DNA of 64,000 bases. Origin: Octopus vulgaris. Taxonomy: Eukaryota. The notes below the pieces were generated by a model. It was given only the letters and a program-made list of their open reading frames with translations. It was not told where the DNA came from and did no database searches. The translations under genes were made by a program, and so were the position numbers. Of this stretch, positions 13,520 through 26,246 are shown piece after piece; within the stretch, counting starts at the first letter, position 1, and every line of letters starts with the position of its first letter. The DNA is taken from assembly GCA_951406725.2 (NCBI GenBank), contig OX597822.1, positions 44,082,001 to 44,146,000 on the forward strand, written 5' to 3'.

Positions 13520-13571
<52 letters not shown>

Positions 13572-13852
13572 TCATATATATATGTATGTATATATGTATG
13601 TGTATATATATTATGAATTATATATATGTTCGTGTATGCATTCATACGAATACGTGTGAATTCTTGCTTTCATGTCGATTTATAAAAAGTTCTAAACTGA
13701 AGAATTACTTAATGCATTCTGTAGTGTGCATACCTTTTGTACCTTTACGAGAATATTGATTACAATAACTTCGATGTGTCGGCATGCTAGCCGTGTGTGT
13801 ATGTACTTGTGTGTATGTATGCGTGTGAATATGTATATGTGCATATGGTTGT

Positions 13853-13929
<77 letters not shown>

Positions 13930-13933
<4 letters not shown>

Positions 13934-15034
13934 TTAAAAACTTAGATATGTTTCGACCAGAGATTGGTCCAGGCCATGTCTAACTTAATAGCACCACCTG
14001 ATAGGATTATTCGAATCCTGTTTAAGTCAAGTTTTGTTCAAGTAGTGAGTTCTTGTTGGGTGAGTTGTATCCAATTATGGGTGGCTTATCTGGTATTCTT
14101 TGAAGGAATCTATCCAGACTCTGTTTGAAGTTGATGGGATCCTTTTCCTCTTTGATCTCCCTCGGGACAATGTTAAATAGGGCAGGGCCTGTTGAGGAAA
14201 AGAAATTATGTTGCAGTGTACATGTATGTTGTGATCTTGAATTTGGCAGGGGACGTATAGCCCGTGGTCCAAGTCTCGGATGAACCTTGAAGCTAATGTT
14301 TAGGTCGTTTGGGCAAAGTTGGCGGTATATTTTCCACATCGTACAAATGATGTACCGCTCACGGCGACGCTGGAGGGAGTAAAGTTTCAAGGCTTTAAGG
14401 CGATCCCAATAATCGAGAGCAGCCATGCCTTCAATTTGTTTAGTGACTGGGGTGACTCAATTCTGGAGATGTTTTGTCTTGTGTGAGGAGACCACAGTGG
14501 GCAGCAGTATTCAAGGTGTGGCCGTACAAAGGATGAAAAAAGTGGTATGATGACACCTTGTTCTCTGGACCGGAAAGTTCTTAAGATCCAGGAACTCATC
14601 CTACGAGCTGTATCGACCTTCTTGTTGATGTGTGCACTCCAACTGAGATCGTCATCAACAATTACACCCAGGTCTCTGATATTGTTAGAGGCTGTGAGCG
14701 GTTCCCCTGAAGGAAGAGAGTATGGTTGTTTTAGTGAGGAATTTCTTCCAAAATGCATCAGCTCAAATTTTCCCTCATTCAGTTGCATTTTGTTTCTGTC
14801 TGCCCATTGACTCACAGCATATAGGTCAGACTGGAGTTGAGTTCGGTCTGCTTCTTCATTGACGATTTGCTGGAGCTTAGTGTCATCAGCGAATATTTTC
14901 ACTTTGCAGTGATGTACGACACTGGAAAGGTTGTTTACATAAATTATGAAGAGTAGCGGACCCAAAACAGTTCCCTGGGGAACACCGCTGGTGACTTTTG
15001 CTGGGTTTGAGTGGACTCCATCAACTACAACATG
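13930..15034 (-). mobile_element. 5'-truncated CR1/L2-group LINE, RT C-terminal half and 3' UTR
   Basis: ORF 14387-15226 SGVPQGTVLGPLLFIIYVN..FADDTKL..DLGVIVD..RPHLEYC, continuing after one frameshift as LDYWDRLKALKLYSLQRRRERY (14022-14426). Confidence 0.93.
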
Positions 15035-15439
15035 TGTTCTATATATATTCATATGTATATATATATATGTGTGTGTGTGTGTGTGCGTGTGTGTTTGTGT
15101 GTGTTTGTATGTGTGTATGTGTTTATATAGTCCGAGGCTATAGTAGAAGACACTTACCCAAGGTGCCGGGATTGAACTCGGAACCATGTGGTTGGGAAGC
15201 ATGCTTCTTACCACACAGCCACACATGCACCTTTATATAGAGAGAGAGAATCGGGTGGATTCGTTATTTTTCTCTTTTTACCCGCGAAAGTTGAGAGTTT
15301 TGCTGTCTGGGAAATATCTTATGGTAGTGGAAGAGTATTTCTAAATTACTGTGTGGTAAAGCAATTTTTGCTGACACCTAATTATAATTATGCTTATAAT
15401 TATAGAATTTATATATATATATATACATATATATATATG

Positions 15440-15476
<37 letters not shown>

Positions 15477-15702
15477 GAAATATTAAAATTACTAAGTCTC
15501 TCTAAAAGAGAACAGCGGCAGCGTTCCCGGAAAATAATAGTTATCGCCATACTAATATGGCATTCTTATAAAAATAAGAATAAAGCTGTCCGCTTATTAG
15601 CTCCATGAGGCCATCGCCTTAAGTTAGCTATTTGATACACAAACTGTATCCTTATAACCTTCGAACAACGGAGGTCAGTCGCTCCACACTACTTGACCGG
15701 CA

Positions 15703-15744
15703 GCTACAGACGCGTTTCGGGGTATTGCCCCTTTTCAATGCAGC
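15703..15744 (-). ncRNA. Minimal type I hammerhead ribozyme (U3-A8 core)
   Basis: Reverse complement is identical to the 16143-16184 motif. Confidence 0.85.
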
Positions 15745-16142
15745 GTAGCCAGCCAGTAGGTGTCGCTTCCGACAATCTCTGTTCGATGGTTTTATTTACC
15801 TAGTTTCGGTGGAATACATCCACTTGTTTTCAATAATAGAAATATTAAAATTACTAAGTCTCTCTAAAAGAGAACAGCGGCAGCGTTCCCGAAAATAATA
15901 GTTATCGCCATACTAATATGGCATTCTTATAAAAATAAGAATAAAGCTGTCCGCTTATTAGCTCCATGAGGCCATCGCCTTAAGTTAGCTATTTGATACA
16001 CAAACTGTATCCATATAACCTTCGAACAAGGGAGGTCAGTCGCTCCACACTACTTGACCGGCAGCTACAGACGCGTTACGAAACTAGGTAAATAAAACCA
16101 TCGAACGGAGATTGTCGGAAGCGACACCTACTGGCTGGCTAC

Positions 16143-16184
16143 GCTGCATTGAAAAGGGGCAATACCCCGAAACGCGTCTGTAGC
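16143..16184 (+). ncRNA. Minimal type I hammerhead ribozyme (U3-A8 core)
   Basis: GCTGCA-TTGAAAA-GGGG-CAATA-CCCC-GAAA-CGCG-TC-TGTAGC: 6-bp stem I, 4-bp stem II, palindromic stem III ACGCGT, GUC cleavage triplet (16176-16178). Confidence 0.85.
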
Positions 16185-16343
16185 TGCCGGTCAAGTAGTG
16201 TGGAGCGACTGACCTCCGTTGTTCGAAGGTTATATGGATACAGTTTGTGTATCAAATAGCTAACTTAAGGCGATGGCCTCATGGAGCTAATAAGCGGACA
16301 GCTTTATTCTTATTTTTATAAGAATGCCATATTAGTATGGCGA

Positions 16344-16394
<51 letters not shown>

Positions 16395-16419
16395 GCACAC
16401 ACACACAGGCACGACAGAA

Positions 16420-16685
16420 GTGAATGGACTCCATATAAAACGTTGAGTTATGTTTATTTTAACTTGAAAAGGTTTATATTGTTTATTAATGGACATTTTT
16501 ATGTTTCAGGTTCTATATGTGACTGTTTAATCATGCTACGTACTACAGAAACCTGGGGAATGTTCAAATTTTACATACTCCGTATTGTGGGTCAATCTGA
16601 AGGTGAAAACCTTGGGATCCCGCTTTCTACATTTAATAGGGTCATTGTGTAGTTCACCAGTGAAGGGGAAAGTGTCCACTTTACG
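16420..16685 (+). mobile_element. Possible Tc1-like transposase N-terminal remnant
   Basis: Peptide ENLGIPLSTFNRVIV resembles the Tc1 paired-domain HTH. Confidence 0.35.
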
Positions 16686-16737
16686 TTGACAACTACTATC
16701 GTTTGACAACCGATGTTCGTGTGTTCACGTCCCCGTA

Positions 16738-18762
16738 AAAGAGAATCGTCGAAGAAGGCCATGTGTTTCAAAAAACATGGGAATTACAGAATTGTTGCAC
16801 AACGATGAACGGAAAGATACGTTGTTTAATTTGCAACAACTGCATTGCCACGCCGAAAGAGTACAACTTAAAAAGATATGAAATGAACCATCGATCTAAC
16901 TGTATATATGAAGGCGTGGAGACGCAATGGCCCGGTGGTTGGGGTAGCAGACTCACGGTCGTAGGTTCCCGGTTTCGATTCTCAGGTCGGGCGTTGTCAG
17001 TGTTTATTGAACGAAAAACACCTAAAGCTCCACAAGGCTCCAGCAGGGAGTGGTAGTGAACCTTGCTGTGCTCTTTCACCACAAATTTCTCTCACTCTTT
17101 CTTCCTGTTTCTGTTGTACCCGTATTTCAAAGGGCCAAACTTGTCACACTTTGTGTCACGCTGAATCTCTCCGAGAACTACATTAATGGTACACGTGTCT
17201 GTGGAGTGCTCAGCCACTTGCACGCTAATTTCACGAACAGGCTGTTCCGTTGATCGGATCAACTGGGACCCTCGTCATCGTACCCGACGGAGTGCCATGA
17301 TATATATCAAGGTCCAATGCGTGTTTCAAGTCTCAAGGAGCAGAATGCTAACTTGACACAGCAACAGACCTGTTTAACGCAAAATCAGAAAGGTAATTTC
17401 GCTTGGGTTACTGCAATAGCTGAATGATCACCACGAATGGGAAATGTTACGTTGAAGGAGACTTCGTAAAGACTTCGGATTCATCATTTGCACATTTTCA
17501 CTGTATTATTTGTGTTCAAAGATTTTAAAATTGGGTCATGCGCTTAATTTGGTCACAAAGACAGTGAATTACAACAAAGGCCATGCTCTCAACGATGATC
17601 AATTCAGACAGTTCTTGGAAGATAGTCAGTTCACTGTTGTTCTATTCTACACAAAAGTCCGCTGTTTGTCATGCTACAATGTGCTTAAAAGATTTTATTT
17701 GTTCAGACAAGAAATAATTATGCTTTTCGAGATGAATGGTTAAAACACAGATGAAATATAAGATGATAGTTGACTCCAGGATCTGACATTTTCTGTGGAC
17801 ATTACTGCACTACTAACTGATCTTAGTTTGAAATTACAAGGTAAAAACAAACTCACCACTCAGCTACATGATGACATCATTTGCTTCATTAGAAAATTAA
17901 GCTTATGGAAGTCACAGTTGTCAAATGAAAATTTAGTTCATTTTCCTAAGCGCAAAAAGTTTTTAAAAAAAAAGTGCAAATACTGTGTCTGTACTTAACT
18001 TTGCCAAGTATGACAGTAACCTGGAATTCTTGTCAAAGGAATTTCAGGAAAGGTTTCGTGATTTCTCAACTTTTGAACATCCGTTTGCCTTATTCGCAGC
18101 ACCATTCACCTTTGATGTTGCTAAGGCAGAAGAAAGCCTGGAACTATTAGAAATGCAGTCGAATTTTTCACAAAGATCAAAGTATTTTCAAGTGGGGATA
18201 CCAGGTTTCTTTTCATACCTTCTTGAAAACTTTAAAAGCTTAAGAAAGTTTACCTCAGGGATTATTGCAATGTTTGGTTCTACCTGTGAATTTGAATAGT
18301 TATTTTCATTCATGAAATCAACAAAATTTCTCAGAGAACAAGATTGACTAATGAAGATTGACTTGTTATCTCTGATCAGACTCAGAGCTGCACAGACATT
18401 TCAGCCAGACATACCAAAGATTGTCAGCAAAAGAGGTGTCAAGTCTCAGGACAAAACACTAAGAATGTCTGAATAGTCGTAAATAAATGATCATTTTAAA
18501 CTATTGTAGTTTTTGTACAATGTATTTGTTGCTATTGCATTCAAATCTATGTTACCGTTTAAAATTTCGTTTTTGTTTCCTTTTCTCAAACTACTTCATT
18601 ACTTTGCATTCTTGAATGTGGCAAAACCATTTGATGCTTCTAAGCTTTATTAAAGAAAATATTCTGCAATAATTTCTATTATAATTGAAGTGAGTGCGGC
18701 CCTCATGACAACATAAATGCACACCATATGGCCCTCGCGGGACCCTACGTTTGTCATGCATG
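16738..18762 (+). mobile_element. Degraded hAT transposon of SPIN/Buster (GTF2IRD2-like) type with internal deletion and nested SINE
   Basis: RCLICNNCIATPKEYNLKRY zinc motif; VLFYTKVRCLS..VLKRF; DITALLTDLSLKLQGKNK; MFGSTCEFE dimerisation motif; subterminal gcggccc / tggccctcgcgg. Confidence 0.85.
16912..17300 (+). mobile_element. tRNA-derived SINE (family C) inserted in the hAT transposase
   Basis: tggcccggtggttggg A box, ggtttcgattct B box; imperfect flanking duplication tatatatgaagg / tatatatcaagg. Confidence 0.8.
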
Positions 18763-18856
18763 TTCTACTACATCAACTACATCATCGGGCCAACCAAAAC
18801 GTTTTGAGTAGAATTGTTAGACAGAAACTAAAAGAAGTTCATCGTGTGTGTGGGTG

Positions 18857-18910
<54 letters not shown>

Positions 18911-19727
18911 CACATATATATATATATATATACGCACAGACATACATTGAAAGGGTGAGTAGTCACTACAGATGAGTTTGTAATTTTCGAACGAAAATAG
19001 TCTAGTAAACTGATCTAGTTTCGCTGTGGGTTGTTTATCTCCCCTATTAGTATATGAAACTGTGCTTCTTTGCCGTTGTGCTTTTAAATCTTATTTCTAG
19101 CAATACAGGTTCTCCACGGCACCTTCGGTCACAGTTGGTTTTATACTGCGTTTTTAATAGCATAACTTAGTTATTTCTTTAAATTTATATTCGCTAATTA
19201 TTCCCATTGATAATTATATTTATAGTATTTATAGTATTTATTCGATACTATATTACTACGAATTGATTATTTCTAAAAGTATTTTACATAAGATTTCCGA
19301 AAGTTCGTTTAAGTTTGTTTATTTGTATTTTGAAATTAGCTAGTTCATCTTTAAATATGAAAAATTAAATTTATTAGGTTTTTATCATATGAGCATATAC
19401 ATTTATTTATAGAGATTATTTAAGATCTTAATTTTAATATTTATATACATTTATTTATTTTCATTGATAATTTATATATATATTAGTCATTTTAAAATAT
19501 TTATGTAATTAGATATAGACTAATACCGATATTAGATTATGGGTGGGTTTCCTACCTTATAAATTAAAATTAATACTTAACATTATAGTCGATTTTGATA
19601 TAATCATAATTGTTAAGTTCTATGTTTCTAGTTTGATAATAGAGTTTATTATAAGTAAAATTATTATATTATTTATATCTTAAAAATATTGTTTAAATAT
19701 TTCTGATTATATTTTAGATATTTCAAT

Positions 19728-19796
19728 CACCTGAAGATTGACTGTAACCATAACTCGAATTATTACGAATTGGACAGCCATGAAACGATCGTAGTG
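19728..19796 (+). ncRNA. Type I hammerhead ribozyme in an AT-rich pLTR-like block (19140-19930)
   Basis: CAC-CTGAAGA-TTGACTGT..ACAGCCAT-GAAA-CGATCG-TA-GTG; canonical core, palindromic stem III. Confidence 0.75.
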
Positions 19797-19931
19797 TTTT
19801 ACTCATTATCTTTTATTAAACTTTTAATATTTTTGATATATATTTAAAATAATTTAAATTAATTAATTTTATGTATTGGCTTAAGTTTTTCATTGTTTGA
19901 TTTGCCTAATAGTGGTTTTATCTCTAATTTA

Positions 19932-20005
<74 letters not shown>

Positions 20006-20459
20006 TATATGTATGTATGTATGTATGTACGTATGTATAGTTTAGGACAATCAGTAAGTTGTCATAATAGAACTCAGAGTTACAAATACCGGATCTACGA
20101 TGCATTCTCATCGGCTATTATGGAAATAGACGCTATAAAAACCGTTGAATAAAAGGGAGGTCACTCTAATAGGTACGAAAAATATAAGATGAAAAAATAC
20201 ACGCAACCATATTCTCACAATACATAGACATTATACTTCTTGCGTTCATAACGTCTCCATACGAACACACGCAAACATGTATATGTGCATGCTCATACAC
20301 ACACAAGCATATATGGGTACATGTACACGCAACCTCATTCTCATATACACATAGGTGTATGCCTGCATACATATATATTATCTAGGCATTCATATATATA
20401 TATATAGTTTACTAAAAAAACAAAAGACGAAGACATGTGGTGTAAAAAGAAACAGATGT

Positions 20460-20500
<41 letters not shown>

Positions 20501-20557
20501 GCATACATTTACACTCACCGCATATACAAATATACATATATATACATATGCGCACAG

Positions 20558-20588
<31 letters not shown>

Positions 20589-20939
20589 CATACATATACA
20601 CCCTCCTATCATACACATACAACCACAGATATGCGAGCATATACATGTCCGCATAATGAAAGGGACGTATGCATGAAAGTCACAATTATGCACTGGGCAC
20701 AGTCCTACACACATATACATATATACAAGCGTAGACATATATACACTCGCACACACATACACATCTAATATATACGTATATATACATATACTCCCACACG
20801 TGTACAATCACACAATTAAATAGGAATAAAAATGAAAATATTATATGAAACAATAAAACATGTGAAGACATGGAAAGCTTGTGCAGGAACATAGTAAAAA
20901 TTCAGATTCTATCCGTGATCTTGGGGGACCCAAAATCGT

Positions 20940-21318
20940 AAAAGGTAATTTGTTATATATGGACATCATCTAAAAAATTCAGTTCTTGAATTTAGACATG
21001 CATTGGGGTCCAAGGAACTTTTTCGGATAAGCCATCTTTCCATATCACAAAGACCGCACTTGCCGCTACTCTTCGCATAATGTTTACACTTGGCCAAGAT
21101 CTTCCAGTAAATCTTATAGCTGACACCTTGTTCTTTTAAGAACCATATAAGACTGGATAATTTGGTAGTTTTTCGTTTATCCCAGTGTCTGAAGCTTAGG
21201 GTGTGATTATTGAAGCTTTAAAATTTCCCTCTATGAGACCCACATATCTGTTTGACGAATCTGTTTTATTAGCACTCGTAGAATTTACGGTGGCTTCATA
21301 AACAATGACCTCGGTCAT
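20940..21318 (-). mobile_element. PLE GIY-YIG endonuclease remnant
   Basis: IVYEATV..RYVGLIEGNFK, then after a frameshift SFRHWDKRKTTKLSSLIWFLKEQ..YKIYWKIL..KCGLCDMERWLI..LNSRTEFFR*CPY. Confidence 0.85.
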
Positions 21319-21399
21319 ACATATATATACATATATATATACATATATATATACACACACATATACATACATACACACACACATACATACATACATACA

Positions 21400-21431
<32 letters not shown>

Positions 21432-21432
21432 C

Positions 21433-21786
21433 GAGGGAATTACCAATATGTGGAAACCCTAATACTACAAGTAGATCAGCGATGGTCACTACCACTAAGA
21501 ATTGTTCTCTAGAAAATTTAGCAAACACCAGAAACGTAAGCGAGCAAGACAAATGAAAAGCAACAAAAATATATATCAATCATAAACAATGTGTTTCACT
21601 TTCAACAAATTACGTAATTTTACTTACGCAATTTATCTGTAGATCTTCAGTATGATCGTCCATACAAATATAATTTGCAGAACGTTTCTGGTGTTTGCTA
21701 AATTGTCTAGAGAACAATTCTTAGTGGTAATGACCATAGCGGATCTACTTCTACCATTAGGGTTTCCACATAGTGGAAATTCCATC
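21433..21786. repeat. Long imperfect inverted repeat (~105-bp arms, ~145-bp spacer)
   Basis: 21433-21537 pairs with 21682-21786 (ctaagaattgttctctagaaaatttagcaaacaccagaaacgt / acgtttctggtgtttgctaaattgtctagagaacaattcttag). Confidence 0.9.
21579..21656 (-). ncRNA. Type I hammerhead ribozyme
   Basis: ATCATA-CTGAAGA-[long stem II gataaattgcgtaa/ttacgtaatttgtt]-GAAA-CACATTG-TT-TATGAT; 6-bp perfect stem I. Confidence 0.78.
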
Positions 21787-21895
21787 TTACATGTTTGTAA
21801 TACTATTTACTGAACCTCAGTTTTTTAATATGCTAGACCACTAGTGTTAAATTGATGTTATCAAATTAATATCCAATTTTTCACCCTCATTTTAA

Positions 21896-21951
<56 letters not shown>

Positions 21952-22550
21952 ATATACATACATAGACACAAGGTGGTGCCCCAGCATGGCTGCAGTCTAA
22001 GATGATTGAAATAATTAAAAGCAATGAGGTACACGCACACACGCGCACACACTCACACACACAAACACACCGATATGGATTGAAAAATCTACCGACAAAT
22101 CCCCGGGAGCTCTGAAAATAATTCTTCATTTGGAACACATTGTATAATGAAATGGTAATATTTGGCACTATTAAACGTTCTCTAGAGAAATTTTCGTTAC
22201 CTTTAAAAAATCTCCTCGGCTCAATAAATCTATGTCTTCCAGAAGTTGTATCCAGGACACTTAGAAATTGTGTTCTCAATTTAAAAGTACATAGCTACGT
22301 GAATATTTTCACACGCACGCACATACTCACGGCGTATATACACTTGCACAAACATATATATATATATACGTACATACACACATTTTTTATACATATACGC
22401 ATGCCTAAACATATACTTGCTCCCACATACATACTCAGGCATTCACACAGAAGCACCTTTACTCACGAATACACACTACACACTCGCACAAACGCAAGCA
22501 AACACTCGCACACACACACGCGCACAGTCACACACATATATATATATATA

Positions 22551-23352
22551 TAGGGTCATTCAATAAATAATACATTTTCGTACTTTTATTTTTCCAAATT
22601 AAGATAAACAGAATGTTTTTAATCTAAAATATACTCTCCTTCATTTTCTATAATGTTCTTCCATCTATCTGGTTGACTTGCAAGGCCCCTCTCCCAAAAT
22701 TCACGTGTCCATTATAAAAAATACTCCTCCAAGACTGTTCTGACCTCCTCTACAGAATTCATATTTTATTCCGTCCAAATGATTTTGAAGACTGCGGAAT
22801 AAATGATAATCAAATGGGGCAATATCCGGCGAATATGGTGGGTGGGGCATCGTTTCCCATTTAAACTGCTCCAACCTTTGGAATGTCATCCTCGCTGTAT
22901 GTGGCCGAGCATTATCCTGATGGAAGAATGGTCATTTTTCTTCTAGCGCTGACTTGAATGACGGGTTGAATGACCAAGCCAAGCTTCTCTATTAGTTCCT
23001 CAACAGTAACAATGTGATTTTATCCCACCGGGTTTTGTAGGACGTCATCGTCGAGTTCTAAAGATCTTCGAGGTCTAAGCTGTCATTTCCGGCTCGGAAT
23101 TTCTTGAACTACCCTTGACACTAGCTCACGCTTATGGTCCGATCGCCACATACTGCATTAATATTCCTAGCACTCTCCGTTGCGTTGTTGCCTTTATTGA
23201 ACTCATAAAGCAAAATATGCCGAATATGCTCCTTTGTCACTTCCATTATATCTTTGAAAAATATAACTGTTAAAATCGAATTGCACTCTTCCAAACTTGC
23301 ACTAAGAATAAAGTCAAGGTAAAAAACGCATTATTTATGAGATGACCAAATA
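22551..23352 (-). mobile_element. Internally deleted mariner transposon with both TIRs
   Basis: MEVTKEHIRHILLYEFNKG from 23246; HQDNARPH; WETMPHPPYSPDIAPFDYHLFRSLQN; TIRs ggtcattcaataaataatacatttt / aaaacgcattatttatgagatgacc. Confidence 0.92.
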
Positions 23353-23374
23353 CGCACACATACACACACAGACA

Positions 23375-23467
<93 letters not shown>

Positions 23468-23725
23468 CGCGTGTATGAGTGTGTGTGATGTATGTAATGA
23501 TACGTGTCATACCTTAATAGGAATGTTACAATACAGCACACCTGGTCGACACGAAAATAATTAAATAATGCCTGCTGTTGCAAATTTGCAAATAGGTAAC
23601 ATTTAATGGGCGTGGCCCCATACGACACTATTGACGTTTGGAATCGATCACCTAATCACACACTCAAACACACACACACGCATACTTGTATATATACATA
23701 TGTGTGCACGTAAATATGTGTATAT

Positions 23726-23811
<86 letters not shown>

Positions 23812-23955
23812 ATATCTATCTATCTATCTATAGTATTATGCCGTCAACAGTATATATATATATCTAGGTATATTTGGCATCCATCTATCCATCCATACAT
23901 ACACAGATAATACATATATGTGTGCATGTATATATATATATATATATACAAATTC

Positions 23956-24008
<53 letters not shown>

Positions 24009-24905
24009 TATATACATGTATACATACATATATGTACCTGTTTTAGAACACAAAGAAACAAATGGTATTTGTACGTTGCCAAAAATTTTAATTGACTATA
24101 TAGTTAATTTAATTTAATCTAATTTAATTAACCCAACTTAAATCAAATAAATTGCTAATACTTCCTAATTCTATTATAAGTTTAATAAGTAATGCTACTC
24201 CCTTAATAATAATATAAGGAATTTTCACTATGATTTTCACTATATTTTGAATAAAAAAATACTCTCACACCTTTTACTATAGAAATTAATTGACCTCTAG
24301 GTATAGACCTAAAGTCTGTCTTAAAATGTATAAATATTTGTATAAATAGTAACAATAATAAATAAATAAATAACCTCCTGTTCTAGTATTGCACTTAAAT
24401 CTCTTAATGTATTTTCCTCTTTGACCCCTTTGATACTTTTTTTTGTTCTCTTTATATTCTTTTACCTGCTTTAAACTCTGTAGGAGTGGCAGTTAACAGT
24501 TGTATGATGGTCAAAAGTAATGTTCTCTTTTATAAATCTCAGATCCCTGCAACTCTGACCTAAATTTTCTGTTACCACACAAATAAACTAATCTTTGTAA
24601 GTTGTGTACTTACACCCCTCCCTCCCTTTTGTCCCATAATGCCCTTATTTGGTTGGTTTCTGCTTCACTGACTCCTTTTAGCCAATATAGTCAATCTCTT
24701 CTTCCAGTTTTGTGAAATGAACAGAAGTGTGATCAGTATCTTCTTATATATCAGGAAATTACATCTACATTATTATGGATAAATTCATCGTCTCTGAGTA
24801 TGAAATATCTCCTAATATCTCCGGAAAGTACACCTGCATTATTATGGATAGATTTACCTTTTCTGTGAAGCTAACAAAATTTTTTTTAAACCTTTTATAA
24901 AACTG

Positions 24906-25267
24906 TGCATCATTAGAGAACTTTTGAAGTCTGCTTACAATCTAACTTTGCTTTTTATAGAACTCTCTTCGATACTTCATGAGTGTAGCCTCACCCCCTA
25001 GGATGTTTGGAAAACTCATATGTGTTTTGGCTGATGAATACGGGACACTTATATTTGCAGTTTTTAATAAAGCTGTTCTTCGTATGAAACAATTGCCCTG
25101 AACAACTAATCCATTCTTGTTGCTTTTTTCTTGTTTATAATCACCCCACATTATTTTATGGTTAATACCATATAGATTTCTGGTGCATCTAAGTTAAGTA
25201 CCGCATTCATGTGAATTCATTGGAACTCACTTGAATCTTAATTGTTTTTTACTGAAAATATATATAC

Positions 25268-25336
<69 letters not shown>

Positions 25337-26215
25337 TATAAGCATGTGTGTATGTATGTATGTACGTATGTATGTATGCATGTATATATGGATAGATGGA
25401 TGGATGGATGGATGGATGGGTGGATGGATGCCTAAATATACACAGATATATATACTGTTGACGTGATAAGACTATAAACTTCCAGGAAGGCGTAAAATAA
25501 TTCCTTTTTGTAAGAATGCATTTCGAAGCATATAACGCTATAAATAACAGTATGGAAATTTGATTTCAAAGACTGTCCTCTTTACGCCGAAATGGATTAT
25601 ATAAAAAAATCAATACAAGCATTCTGTTATTTATAGCATTATGTGCTTCGAGATCCAATTGAATTTGGATGTAGGGGATTCATAGGAAACAGTGCGATTT
25701 CAATGGTTGCCGTCGCTAGCTCTAACTCACCGCAAAACAAATGCCATCCTGTGTGATATCCAGGCTAGAGTGGAGACGGCAAGCCACTAGATTTTGTTAA
25801 AAACAAACGATGAGCAATGGCGAGAAGAATATTGAGTGAATTCTTGAAACCAGTCGATCTAGCAAGCGGGACCTCATCTCATTTAAGGGCTGGAGAATGA
25901 GTAATAATGTCATCGAGAGGAAGGCCCTGAAACTGCGCGCATTCTTTGTTTCTCTCTAGATGACTCCACAAGCTTGCTAGTGTCCGGTAGGCGGAGCTTT
26001 CAAATGATAACACTTGCATTTACTGTATAGACATACACACAACTGCAATGGTCTCCAATCCCTTACATGAATGGAAAGGTTCGGACGGAAACGTTCACAG
26101 ACTTAAGGAATTGTAGCCTACTGTGCACTAAGGCAGAACAGATAACCTTTGAGTTTAGGCTTAGTTTTTCGTCCCCCTTTTGAGTTTAAATTGTCAGCTG
26201 TCACCCGATTGCATC

Positions 26216-26246
<31 letters not shown>

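Larger units (their letters stand above)
15471..16350. mobile_element. Non-coding hammerhead-bearing ~362-bp unit: 1.7 tandem copies plus an inverted copy (retrozyme- or PLE pLTR-like)
   Basis: 15471-15832 repeated at 15833-16077; 16079-16350 is the reverse complement of ~15537-15808; flanked by (TA)n. Confidence 0.85.

Noticed and set aside
13941-13973. GACCA-loop-TGGTC-GAAACATATC on the minus strand as a hammerhead
   Set aside because: No CUGANGA half; better explained as the LINE 3' terminal stem-loop
24942-25151. Duplicated 69-aa ORF as a real gene
   Set aside because: No recognisable domain; the identical second copy is explained by the tandem duplication
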